Below, one piece after another: positions 38,451 to 49,241 of a stretch of 64,000 nucleotides of DNA. A model generated the notes under the pieces. That model was not told where the DNA came from. It was given only the letters and a program-made list of their open reading frames with translations, and searched no databases. Made by a program: the position numbers and the translations under genes. Origin of the DNA: Felis catus (lineage: Eukaryota); the NCBI RefSeq assembly GCF_018350175.1, contig NC_058368.1, forward strand, positions 90,396,001 to 90,460,000, written 5' to 3'. Position 1 is the first letter of the stretch. Every line of letters starts with the position of its first letter.

Positions 38451-41400
38451 GAGGGACAGGAACACAAGGTCAAGCGATGGCTGTGGCCGGGTGGTCCCCA
38501 AGGTACCCCCTCCAGGCACCTGGGCGGGAGCAGGTACGGTGTTCCTGAGACAGGTGTAAGGGGGCAGCCAGAAGTGCAGGCGGCACCCTCCACCCCACAC
38601 CACCTCTCCACCCCATCCCACTGTGGGGACTGCTCCCTGGGCCTCCACAGCCCTTCTCCGTGACATCTGGCCCCAGGATTCTTCTGCAGGAACCTGGGTG
38701 CTGGGGAAGCCTTCCTGTGGCTGTCTGGCCCGTGGACAGCCTCATGAGTAGCCAGCCCAGCCCCGGTTACCTGTGAACTTATTTTGTGTGGTCTCATCCA
38801 ACTTCCACCCCCCACCTGAAGTTTGGGCAGGCTGACCAATCTATCACTGTGGCCCTCTGAGCTAGGTCAGCACACCTGGGGATGGGGGTAGGGACAGGCC
38901 ACAGTACTGGCTGGAGTTGCTTGGTGTTGGCTGAGTTGGCTGGGGCTGAGTGGGGCCTTGGTGAAGGGCTGAGGAGGCCCTCACAGGCCTTGTCCACTAG
39001 GCCTGCAGCATGGGAGCCTCCGGGAAAAGCTGCTTCCTTCCTGCCTCCTGGCCTTCCTGTGGGAGGTCTAAGCAGGATCAGGTTGAGGCCAGCTGACCCT
39101 CTGCCACCCTCTTACCTCCTGCTTCCCTATTCCCCAACCCTGTGCTAAATGAAACTGGAGGAGGAGGACTGAGGGAGTATCTGGAACCTTCCTGACCCTC
39201 CAAGCCACAACGGCCCCCACCTGTCTCCTGCCTGACCAGCCCAGTCTACTGCAATTTGCCAGCCTGTTTGGGTTTGAGGGCTTAGGGCTCCAGAGGCCCT
39301 GAAGGGAGATCCTTAGGGCTTGGCACAGATCAGGCATGGCTAGGGCAGAGTTCTCTGTAGATAGGTGTGTCACCAGGGGGATGGCATTTTGGACCTTTGG
39401 AAGAGTAGCCACATAAGCAGACTGGCATGGAGGCCAGGGTGGGGCCATATCTAATGTGCTGGGGCACATCTGTCTGGTCATGGGTGGGTTGATGAGACAG
39501 GGTGCCAGGTCCTGTCCTCAGCCAGGCTGCAGTTCCTGTGTGCCTCTTGCAACAGCCACATGCCCTCAGCTTGGTGTCAGGAGCTCCAGGGCAAGGCCCC
39601 CAACTCAACCTGTTCTCTGGGAGCCTAGCTGGCAATGAATCTCCAGAGACAGAAGAGTGAGGGGAGATACGAGTGTTTCCATCTAGGCCCACCCTCTCTG
39701 AGAGGGGTATCCGGGAGGCTGGCAACCAAGCAAAAGAAGTGCTGGGCTCAGTTGCAGGAGTGCTCTTAGAAGCCCAAAAGCCTGTGAGGTAGGGCGAGGT
39801 GTGTGACCTGGGATTTCCTGTCAAGAGCTATCACTGTTTTAAGGGGCCCAGTGGAGCAAGCCAGGGCTTTGGAAGCGTCAAGAAAAGCCTGGATCCGGGC
39901 TCTTATGCAAACCCTTCTCATTCTTACATGTAGACAACTGTGTTAAGCCTGTGCGTGGGGGAGCCAGACCAAGCCAGTCTGAGGCCAGACTTGACCCCAG
40001 CTTCCAGTTTGCAGTGAGTGAGGGGTTTAGGATAGGGCTGGCACAGGCACCAGTACATACAGGAAAGGCAGAGAAACCCGGATGGGGAAGAAAGGTGGGC
40101 TGGGAGCCAGAGAAAGGAGGCAGCAGGAGCTTCCTGGAAGCTCAGGGCCAAGTGCCAGGAAGGACACCTAGGTCTTGGCAAGCTGGACCCTGGATACAAG
40201 TTTAGGGCCCACTGTCCTATCCAGCCTTGACCAGATTTGTGCCATGGCTCCACTAGCACTCAAATTGCAGCCCTCAGCCAAGCCCATCACCAGGGAGAAC
40301 AGCAGACCCTGTGGGGCCCATCCTGTACCCTCCCTAGCATCCCAGCCGCCTCAACCTCAACAACCACAGACACCCTCCTTGACCTCCTGGGAGGGGTGGG
40401 TGCAAGGCCTGGAGAGGAGAGGAACACCTGCCCCCACCTGCAGGTTCACAGCAGACCTTCCCTGGGCCTGCCACCTGCCTGTGCCCCTCTGTGCTTGTTT
40501 CCCCTTCCCTAAGTACTTGGCAAGGGTCTGTGCCCAGCTTGGCTCTTCAATCTGTTTTTTCAATCAAGAGAGAAGAGGGTGGGGGGAGACTGTGGTCTCC
40601 AAGGTCAGGTGTCCTGATTACTCCACCTTCAGGTGGGGGGAGGGGTGGGAAAGGTGCCACTAGGGCGGCCACAGCTGCAGTTCTTCCCTATGGCCAGCTG
40701 CGCCAGGGACCAGGCCCTCCACCCCTCCTCCGTGGGCCAGGAAGGTGTGGAGGGAAGGAGAAGCCAAAGTGCCCTCAGCCTTAGCTCCCAGGAACTTCTG
40801 TCCCACCCCTCAGGGGCGAGGGGCTCCCCAGGCCTTTGCCCCTCCCATCACTGGAGCTGCCCGCCCCCCACACCCATTCAACACTTCAATCCAGCTACCT
40901 AGCCCAAAAAGGTTGCAGGGGGGTGGGAGGGGTTGCTAGGATGGTCTGGCAGAGCCCTGGCACGTCCGGCTCAGCCTTTGGGGAGGTAGGCACCCAGCTT
41001 GAGTCTGGCTTTGACGGGCAAGGACAGAATTGCCCCAGAGCCAGGGAAGTCAAGGATAGTGGTCAGTCTGGGGACCTTGCAGGCAGGACAGGAGCAGGGG
41101 CAGGCTGCTGAGGGACAGGGCCTGTGGTGTTGAGGGAAATGACAAAGGGTTGGTGTGGGCAGGAGCCAGGGCCTGTCACCTGCTGGTAAGCAGAGGAAGC
41201 TCAGGACCTGGGTGGAGGGAGGCCCCTAGGAAGGGAGGCCATGGTGGGGAGCAGGCTGGGCCCAGTACTTGGTGGCCAGGGGACTCAGGTGGCCACTGCT
41301 GCTCACCTGGCTTGTCTGCCCCTGCCAGGTTAAGGTTGAACTGAACTCAGCCTACGGAACAGAGAAGGCCTGGGAGGGACAGCAGTCAGAGAGGAGTGAG

Positions 41401-43144
41401 GCCTCCAACCTCCCCACATGTCACAGAGCAGGCAGCTCCAGAACTCCCTCCTGGGGGCCTTGGCACTTCCAGTCCCCCTTTCCTGTCCTGTCGAGCATCT
41501 GCCCCAGAGGAGGACACTCCTGGCGCCTGGTGCCACCCAACCCTAGGCTGGCTGGGTGGGTGTTTGTTGGGGGTGGCTGGCTCCTGTTCAAGGGGTCAGG
41601 TTTCCAGGGTAACCCAGCCACTGAACCCAGCGCAGAGCCTCACAGATCTTGTAACCTGACTCCCCTCCCTCCCTCTCCAGGGATGTCCCTGTGGGGCGAG
41701 CTGATGAGTGCAGAGTGCCTTAGGGAGGGTCTGTTTGGCTCAAACCCCCACCCCACCCCCACAGCTTCCTCTCCCCCTAGGATTTACCACTTAGACCTCT
41801 GCCCTGTGCAGTTTAAGGGGGTGTGTCCTGAGATGACAGAACTTTGCCTTGGTCCTGACCTTTGGTGCCCATAGCTGGGTTGGGGTGGCAACACCATCCC
41901 AGGGCATTCTGGGGGCTATGACCCCACCAGGGATCAAGGAACAGAAGAGCTGCCTAGGGATGGGAAGGGAGTTCTGGAAGGCTTCCCGGACTTGAAAACT
42001 GAACTTTGAAACTAGGCCTTGAAGGTTACATGGGTTTTCATTTGGCCCAGAAGAGAAGAGGGGATCTCAGGCAGAAGAGATGGCACAAGCAAAGGCACAG
42101 ACACGAGACAAGGAAAAGGAGTTGTATGTGGTGGCAACTAAAGAGGGCAAACCCGAGATTAGAAAAGACATTGTGTGCACAGCCCTGCGGGACCTGGCTG
42201 CACCAGCCACAGGCAGGGATGTCTCATCCTTGCTCACTGGTCCCTGCCAAACCAGGGGAGCTAGGTACTTGGCACCCTGCAGAGCCCTTTCCACTGTCAG
42301 GAAGCCCCACCTCTGTGCTGCTTCGGGATGGCATGCAGACCCTTGGAGGTGGCACATGTCCAGTACAGGTCTCCAGAGAAGTGGGTCTCTGGGCATCCAG
42401 AGCTTGTTCCCTCTCTCCTGCTAACTCACTAAGTGACCCGGGACTAGTTCCTCAATTTCATTTGCTCCTCTGAGCACTGGAGACCGTGACTGCAGCAGCT
42501 ACCTCTTGGGGCTGGAGTGAGACAGAGAATCCAGAGTTGGTGCCTAGTGCAGAATGGGTCCTGGGGCCCATCAGGAGGATAGAATGAGAGTCTGGAGAGG
42601 GCTATCCCCAGAGGGCCTTGGGGCAGCCTATGGTCTGCTCTGTGAACACAGGTGGGGAGCAGAGGAGAGAGGCTGAGAGGAGGGAGAGGGAAAGGACAGA
42701 GAGCTGGGTCCTTGTGCCGTGGATGGGATGTTGGCATCCCATCTCCTGGAAGAAGCAGATGCTGCAAGAAGAAGCGAGAAGGGGCTTTGGGAGCCACTAG
42801 GTGAGGATTCAGTCTATTGGCCGACCTGGAAGTGATCCTGCAGCCTTTCCTCAGATGTTTCCTCAAAGGTGAAGACAAAAGGGTAGGGGGAGAGTACTGA
42901 AGAAGACCAATCCTTCCAGTGAAGACTTTGCTCCCCACGGTGTGAGTGTCATTGTGACTTCAGAGTGACCCTAATGTACACACCTCCTTCCCTCCATCCC
43001 CGGACCTGGCATGTGGCAGGCACAAGAACAGATGTAGATGGGCTATCGCACAGATGGGCACAAAAATGTGCGTACTGGCTCACTCGAGGGGCAGTAGGTC
43101 AGTGCTTGGCTGCCCCCTGGTGACAGCGTGCGAACTACCCACAG

Positions 43145-43330
43145 GGGATGTGGTGGACGTGTACCAGCGGGAGTTCCTGGCGCTGCGTGACCGGCTGCAC
43201 GCGGCTGAGCAGGAGAGCCTCAAGCGCTCTAAGGAGCTCAACCTGGTGCTGGACGAGATCAAGAGGGCTGTGTCGGAGAGGCAGGCGCTGCGAGAGGGGG
43301 AGGGCAATCGCACCTGGGGCCGCCTGACTG
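43145..43330 (+). CDS. MGAT4B: MGAT4B exon 2
   Basis: cacag|GG GAT GTG...ACT G|gtgagc; [39 protein letters not shown]... Confidence 0.97.
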
Positions 43331-43415
43331 GTGAGCGCTGGAGCCACACGAGGCAGGGGAGGCGGGGCTAATCGCAGGCCGCTTGGTCTGAGCCGTCCCT
43401 TCCCGACCCAACCAG

Positions 43416-43556
43416 AGGATCCACGACTGAAGCCGTGGAACGTCTCGCACAAGCACGTGCTGCACCTGCCCACCGTCTTCCATCACCTGCCGCACCTGCT
43501 GGCCAAGGAAAGCAGCCTGCAACCTGCCGTGCGCGTGGGCCAGGGCCGTACTGGAG
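43416..43556 (+). CDS. MGAT4B: MGAT4B exon 3
   Basis: accag|AG GAT CCA...GGA G|gtaggg; [28 protein letters not shown]...GQGRTG. Confidence 0.97.
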
Positions 43557-43646
43557 GTAGGGGCGGGTCCCGAGAGGGGCTAGAGGCGGGGATGGGAGGG
43601 GGCGGTCCCGGCATCCAGCCAGTATGCGATCTCCGCGCCCCTGCAG

Positions 43647-43780
43647 TGTCGGTAGTGATGGGCATCCCCAGCGTGCGGCGGGAGGTGCACTCGTACCTGA
43701 CAGACACGCTGCACTCGCTCATCTCGGAGCTGAGCCCGCAGGAGAAGGAGGACTCGGTCATCGTGGTGCTGATCGCCGAG
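43647..43780 (+). CDS. MGAT4B: MGAT4B exon 4
   Basis: ctgcag|TG TCG GTA...GCC GAG|gcgagt (GC donor); [21 protein letters not shown]...VVLIAE. Confidence 0.96.
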
Positions 43781-44170
43781 GCGAGTGGGCTGGGGTACGG
43801 GGTGGGGGTGGGGGCATTCAGAGAACACACGGCACAAAACAAGGAGAAATAAAACAGCAACATTCCGGAGGAAAAAACTTACCAGAAGTTCAACTGTCAG
43901 ATTCATTCACAAATTTATGAAGGGAAAAAAAGAAACAAGTTTTAGCGCCGCCTCGTGGAGATGCCAGTTACCTAGGCTGCCCCACCCCTGAGGCCCCAGA
44001 TACAGCTTTTTGTGAGGCACTATGGTCCCCAGGCCCAGACTTATTCGGCCCTCAGGATGGGGGGCTCACTTCTGTGCATGGGGTCATCTGAAGCCTGCAC
44101 GCTTTTGACCCCAAGCCACTTGGGGCCAGGCTGAAGCCAGGCTTAGGGAGGGCTCTTGGTCTCCCCGCAG

Positions 44171-44217
44171 ACTGACCCACAGTACACCTCGGTGGTGACA
44201 GAGAACATCAAAGCCTT
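44171..44217 (+). CDS. MGAT4B: MGAT4B exon 5
   Basis: ccgcag|ACT GAC CCA...GCC TT|gtgagt; TDPQYTSVVTENIKA(L). Confidence 0.96.
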
Positions 44218-44479
44218 GTGAGTACTGGCAGTCCAATAAAGCTGGTGCGGGGAGGGCTTTGCAGGGTGCTGGGCAGGCAAGTGCCTGCTTCTCATTTTAG
44301 CTGAAAGAGGGTGGGTACGGAGAGGTGGCCTAGCCCCTCTGGAGCCTGACTGCCTCTAGGATGGGTGTGGTGTTGGGCAGTGTCTGCTTGGTGGGCCTTA
44401 ATAAAGGGACAGGGTCTGGCTAGCTCGGCTCTGCCCTAACTCTGGTGCCTGGACGCTGCACACCCACCCGCCTTTCCTT

Positions 44480-44619
44480 NNNNNNNNNNNNNNNNNNNNN
44501 NNNNNNNNNNNNNNNNNNNNNNNNNNNNNNNNNNNNNNNNNNNNNNNNNNNNNNNNNNNNNNNNNNNNNNNNNNNNNNNNNNNNNNNNNNNNNNNNNNNN
44601 NNNNNNNNNNNNNNNNNNN
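44480..44619. other. Assembly gap expected to contain MGAT4B exon 6
   Basis: 140 N immediately after a pyrimidine tract; other gaps at 7213-7419, 8713-8905, 35384-35518, 47475-47622, 55035-55175 and 56370-56883. Confidence 0.9.
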
Positions 44620-44826
44620 CTCCCGGGCCCCAGCCACCCATCCATCTGTGCTGAGAACCCAGTCTGTTGGTGCCAGTCACCCAGGCACTTCTTTGCAGTG
44701 CCTCCATTTATCCATTGGAGGCCCCCTACATGGGGTTGGGATGGGGGGTCCAACGCACCCAGTGGCCTCTGTGGTAACCACACTGGAGGTGGAGGGGTCT
44801 GAGCTCCCGAAGCCCCTACCCCACAG

Positions 44827-44902
44827 GTGGAGGACCAAACAGAACCTCGATTACTGCTTCCTCATGATGTATGCGCAGTCCAAAGGCATCTACTACGTGC
44901 AG
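44827..44902 (+). CDS. MGAT4B: MGAT4B exon 7
   Basis: cacag|G TGG AGG...CAG|gtcagc; [25 protein letters not shown]. Confidence 0.97.
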
Positions 44903-45034
44903 GTCAGCACTGAGACCCTGCTCTGCACCCCCCTCCCCACAAGCCCTGGACCCTGGCTGGGCCCAGGTGGTGAGCCCCACCATGCCCCATGCCCATCCTG
45001 AGTCTGGATCCTCCTTCTGCCCACCACTGTGCAG

Positions 45035-45149
45035 CTGGAGGATGACATTGTCGCCAAGCCAAACTACCTGAGCACCATGAAGAACTTCGCCCTGCAACAG
45101 CCTTCTGAGGACTGGATGATCCTGGAGTTCTCCCAGCTGGGCTTCATTG
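45035..45149 (+). CDS. MGAT4B: MGAT4B exon 8 (EDD metal-binding motif)
   Basis: gtgcag|CTG GAG GAT GAC...ATT G|gtgtgc; [38 protein letters not shown]. Confidence 0.97.
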
Positions 45150-45475
45150 GTGTGCCCCCCCTGCCCGACCCCATTCCATTGACCCCACCAGGGCCCCTCA
45201 GTCCAGCCTACCTCTGCCTCCTATGGCCCTGGTACCACACAGGATCATGCTTGTGAGCTTTGCCAGGAGTGTCTGTTTTCACCCTCCCTGTGCCTCCACA
45301 TGTCGGGGCTCACTACCCCTGGCTGCCCCCTTGTGCTCGCACCTGCCTACAGCTGGCCATAGAGCTTGCTGTGGGAACCTCCTTGGTGACCCTCCCCCCC
45401 ACCCCCCCACCACAGGGATTAAGAGGAAGTAGGGCAGGGCAGAGCTGCCCACCCAGCATGCTTTTCCACCCCCAG

Positions 45476-45606
45476 GGAAGATGTTCAAGTCGCTGGACTT
45501 GAGCCTGATTGTGGAGTTCATCCTCATGTTCTACCGTGACAAGCCCATTGACTGGCTCCTGGATCACATCCTGTGGGTGAAGGTCTGCAACCCCGAGAAG
45601 GATGCG
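45476..45606 (+). CDS. MGAT4B: MGAT4B exon 9
   Basis: cccag|GG AAG ATG...GCG|gtgagc; [43 protein letters not shown]. Confidence 0.97.
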
Positions 45607-45748
45607 GTGAGCGGGGGCTGCACAGAGGTGGGGGGGGGCGGTGGGGTACATGGCTTCCAGCATGGACTATGTCCGTGTCCACGTGCCACCTGACATGGGG
45701 AGACAGCAGAGCCAAGCTGAGCCCTAGGGCATCCCCCTCCCCTTGCAG

Positions 45749-45856
45749 AAGCACTGTGACCGGCAGAAGGCCAACCTTCGGATCCGCTTCAAGCCATCCC
45801 TCTTCCAGCATGTAGGCACTCACTCCTCACTGGCGGGCAAGATCCAGAAACTGAAG
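45749..45856 (+). CDS. MGAT4B: MGAT4B exon 10
   Basis: ttgcag|AAG CAC...AAG|gtgggc; [36 protein letters not shown]. Confidence 0.97.
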
Positions 45857-45975
45857 GTGGGCGGTGCTACACGGGACTGGCCGGGTACAGGCAGAGCCCA
45901 GGCCCAGGTGGGGCAAGCGGGAGGCAGGGCAAGATCAGGGCCCTCCCTAGCACCACTGTCCCTCCTTGGTGTCAG

Positions 45976-46169
45976 GACAAGGACTTTGGGAAGCAGGCGC
46001 TGAGGAAGGAGCATGTGAACCCACCGGCCGAGGTGAGCACAAGCCTCAAGACATACCAGCACTTCACCCTGGAGAAGGCCTACCTGCGCGAGGATTTCTT
46101 CTGGGCCTTCACACCTGCTGCAGGGGACTTCATCCGCTTCCGCTTCTTCCAGCCGCTGCGTCTTGAGCG
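45976..46169 (+). CDS. MGAT4B: MGAT4B exon 11
   Basis: gtcag|GAC AAG...GAG CG|gtcagt; [36 protein letters not shown]...QPLRLE(R). Confidence 0.97.
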
Positions 46170-46567
46170 GTCAGTACCAGTGCCCCTTGTTCTGCCTTGG
46201 GGGAGTGGCAGGGTAGCCACCAGGGTACAGGCCTCACTACAAATTTCTGGACCTGCACATGCCCCTCTGTGAGCACCCCCAGCAAATCACTTAACCTCAC
46301 CATGCCTCAGTTTCCATATCTGAAAAGTGGGGTTCATAGTGGCAGCTACTTGAAGTCAGGCAGTGCCCACAGGAGTTCTGTGACACTGGCCCATCACCAT
46401 CATTGCCCTGCACAGCCCAGTGGCTGCCCCAGGTGGTACCCAGACTCCTTCAGACGCCAGGGCCCACCCCCTACACTCCTGGCCCAGGCGTGGCCTTTGG
46501 TCTGCTAGACAGTGTGCCAGTGCAGCACCCCGCCCCTGCAGCAGCTCACAGGCCTGTCTGGCTGCAG

Positions 46568-46646
46568 GTTCTTCTTCCGCAGCGGGAACATTGAGCACCC
46601 AGAGGACAAGCTCTTCAACACATCCGTGGAGGTGCTGCCGTTTGAT
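46568..46646 (+). CDS. MGAT4B: MGAT4B exon 12
   Basis: ctgcag|G TTC TTC...GAT|gtgagt; FFFRSGNIEHPEDKLFNTSVEVLPFD. Confidence 0.97.
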
Positions 46647-46728
46647 GTGAGTGTGATGGGGTGTGGATATACACTGACGCCTGCCCCTCCCACAGCCACT
46701 GGCTTCAGCCCCTTTCTTTTGCTCCCAG

Positions 46729-46816
46729 AACCCCCAGTCAGACAAGGAGGCCCTTCAGGAGGGCCGCTCAGCCACTCTGAGGTACCCTCGGAGCCCTGAT
46801 GGCTACCTCCAGATAG
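46729..46816 (+). CDS. MGAT4B: MGAT4B exon 13
   Basis: cccag|AAC CCC...ATA G|gtgagt; NPQSDKEALQEGRSATLRYPRSPDGYLQI. Confidence 0.96.
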
Positions 46817-46899
46817 GTGAGTGGAGGGGGCAGGTGGAGGTGGGGGCAGTAGGCTAAGTTGGGGTCTGGAGGCAATCTCTCAGCGCTGCCCTCCCTCAG
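46817..46899 (+). ncRNA. Candidate mirtron, orthologous to human mir-1229 (MGAT4B intron 13)
   Basis: 83-nt intron with a G-rich 5' arm that pairs with a C-rich 3' arm; the last 23 nt CTCTCAGCGCTGCCCTCCCTCAG match the recalled hsa-miR-1229-3p at 20/23. Confidence 0.5.
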
Positions 46900-47012
46900 G
46901 CTCCTTCTACAAGGGTGTGGCAGAAGGTGAGGTGGACCCAGCCTTTGGCCCCCTGGAAGCACTGCGCCTCTCCATCCAGACAGACTCTCCAGTGTGGGTC
47001 ATTCTGAGCGAG
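46900..47012 (+). CDS. MGAT4B: MGAT4B exon 14
   Basis: ctcag|GC TCC TTC...GAG|gtaagc; SFYKGVAEGEVDPAFGPLEALRLSIQTDSPVWVILSE. Confidence 0.97.
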
Positions 47013-47107
47013 GTAAGCTAGACGGCACAGGACAGGGAGCTGGTCAAAGTAGCTAGACCAGGGCTGAACTCTGAGGCCCCAGCTGACCCCAAACCCCGTT
47101 CTTATAG

Positions 47108-47131
47108 ATCTTCCTGAAAAAGGCCGACTAA
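47108..47131 (+). CDS. MGAT4B: MGAT4B exon 15 (stop)
   Basis: tatag|ATC TTC CTG AAA AAG GCC GAC TAA; visible exons total 1533 nt, and a 114-nt exon 6 would give the expected 548 aa. Confidence 0.95.
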   Translation: MFLKKAD

Positions 47132-48601
47132 GCGGAGGGCTTCTGAGGGTGCACTTTGGCTGGCCATGAAGCCCATGAGACCTGGGAGACCTGGGATGTT
47201 GTGGCTACTGCCCCTGGAGGGCCAGGCGTCACCGCCCCAAGCCTGAGGGGTTCTGCCCAGCGCTCCCCGCTCTGCAAGCCTGGGATCCCCAGGCCTGGGA
47301 TCGCCGCTGGCCCGGAGGCCCCAGGAGCTGGTGCTGCCCCCGCCCGCCCGGCCGCGGGAGGAGGCAGGCGGCCCCCACACTGTGCCTGAGGCCGGCCTGT
47401 GCTGCCCGCCCGGAACCGTTCGCACCCCGGCCGGCTTGAGCCAGGCCGTTTTAGAAGAGCTTTTTCCTGGGCGCNNNNNNNNNNNNNNNNNNNNNNNNNN
47501 NNNNNNNNNNNNNNNNNNNNNNNNNNNNNNNNNNNNNNNNNNNNNNNNNNNNNNNNNNNNNNNNNNNNNNNNNNNNNNNNNNNNNNNNNNNNNNNNNNNN
47601 NNNNNNNNNNNNNNNNNNNNNNTCCCATGCGAGTGTTCCAAGCTCCCGCTGGTGGCGGGAGGCCAGGTGCCTGCCAATGCCACCCCTGCCCGCTGCCACC
47701 TCAGCCCTCCGCGCAGCTCTAAACCGCATTTCCTAGAGGGCCCAGGCCGCAGGGTCGGTAACTCCTGGGTGGAGGCGGTGCGGAATCCCGGTCCTGGCGA
47801 CCCAAACCGCCTCTGCTTCCTGAGGACCATGTTCCCTCCCGCCAAAGGCGCCCCCTAGCTTCCATCATCCGTCCCAACTGCCTGCTCCAGAGGCGGCCTC
47901 TCAAGCCCAAGGCATCCCGACCTCCTGTTTCATGAGTCCCAGCCCAGCCCTGATCCACGGTTCCGAAGCCCCCCACCCGCCGCCCCAGCTCACCTTCCGC
48001 CCCGTCTCCCGGTCGCTAACACATTTTAGGGTCTCCCGCCCACCTCGGGGCCTGTTCACTGCCTGGAAAGCTCCTCTCCACGGACGCAGCTAAAAAACCA
48101 ATCACCTCTTTAGGGACGGTCTGCCCGGCCTGCAGGCCTTCCCCAGGTCTGGTCCCACAGGGCACCCGGACGTTTCCCTGAGAGCGCCCGTCACAACTAC
48201 AATGACCACGTTGGTCGTCGCCCCCATGCCTCTGAGGCAGGGTGCCCTGAACATCCACACTGTGCCAGCTGACAGGGACCGAGTGCTGACCGAGGAAAGT
48301 CCCCAGTGTCAGCTGTGAAAGCCAGGGGACGGGGAAGAGGGCGGCTGGGGAACAGTGAAGGGGCAGGCCTCAGAGGAGGAGACAGGCGACTGACTACAGC
48401 GCTGAACGCGGGGAGAAGGAGCCGTGTGGTGAGCCCCGACGGAAAGGGCGGCCATGGGCCCGGCCGAGAGGACCCTTTTCTTCTGCAGCCCCACACCCAG
48501 GAAGCCTACCCGACCGCTGCGGCCCAGGGCTGGGCTCCACAGCCCGCAGTGCGCGATCCCCTCCGACCTAGAGAGTGAATTCGGAGCCTGGTCACCGGCA
48601 C

Positions 48602-48607
48602 TTTAAT
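48602..48607 (-). terminator. LTC4S poly(A) signal ATTAAA
   Basis: tttaat on +, about 90 nt past the LTC4S stop. Confidence 0.8.
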
Positions 48608-48697
48608 TGAAGATTAAGGATAAAGAGAGCACCCCCTCCCTTGTCCTCCCGGAAGCTCTGGCTTTTCTCCCGTTCCGTCGACCTGGCGTCCTCCATC

Positions 48698-48839
48698 TCA
48701 AACCCTGGGCAGCAGCGTCCGGAACGGTCCAAGGAGCGAGGCGCGCAGCGCGGCCGGGAGAAAGTGGACTAGCAGGCCGAGCGCCGCCAGCGCTACCAGC
48801 AGCCAGAGCGCGCTCGCGCTCGTGTACAGGGGAGCCAGC
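48698..48839 (-). CDS. LTC4S: Leukotriene C4 synthase exon 5 (stop)
   Basis: cttag|G CTG GCT; [46 protein letters not shown]. Confidence 0.97.
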
Positions 48840-49072
48840 CTAAGGGCAGGGTTCAGCGGGGGCGGGGCGGAGCGACGGCGGCTCCGCCCACCTACCCTGC
48901 CGCCCAGCTCCACCCACCTCCGCCCAGCTTGGCCAGGACCCGTCCCCCGCCCAAAAGGGACCCACCTCCAGCCAGTCTCCCAGTTTCGCTGCCCGGATGG
49001 TCAAGACTCCTCCCACAAACCGCCTTTCCCCGGACCCACGTGACCTCCCCGAGCCCCGCCCCTGTGGTTTAC

Positions 49073-49154
49073 CTTTGCTGCGGCGAGCGCGCGTAGCCCT
49101 GAAAGTAGCGGAGACGTGCGAAAAGGTAGACCAAACCGCACAGGGCCGCCGCAC
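49073..49154 (-). CDS. LTC4S: LTC4S exon 4
   Basis: cccag|GT GCG...CAA AG|gtaaac; [26 protein letters not shown](R); the catalytic Arg104 codon spans the junction. Confidence 0.97.
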
Positions 49155-49241
49155 CTGGGAGAGGGGCGGGCGGGGCTAGGTGAGCCAGTTGGCGCGAGAC
49201 CCTGTGGTTCCAGGGCGTGCACGCCCGCCCCGAGCCCAGAC

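Noticed and set aside
37655-38666. Long minus-strand ORFs (205 and 282 aa) over the MGAT4B island
   Set aside because: GC-driven, Gly/Arg/Ala-rich, with no recognisable domain.
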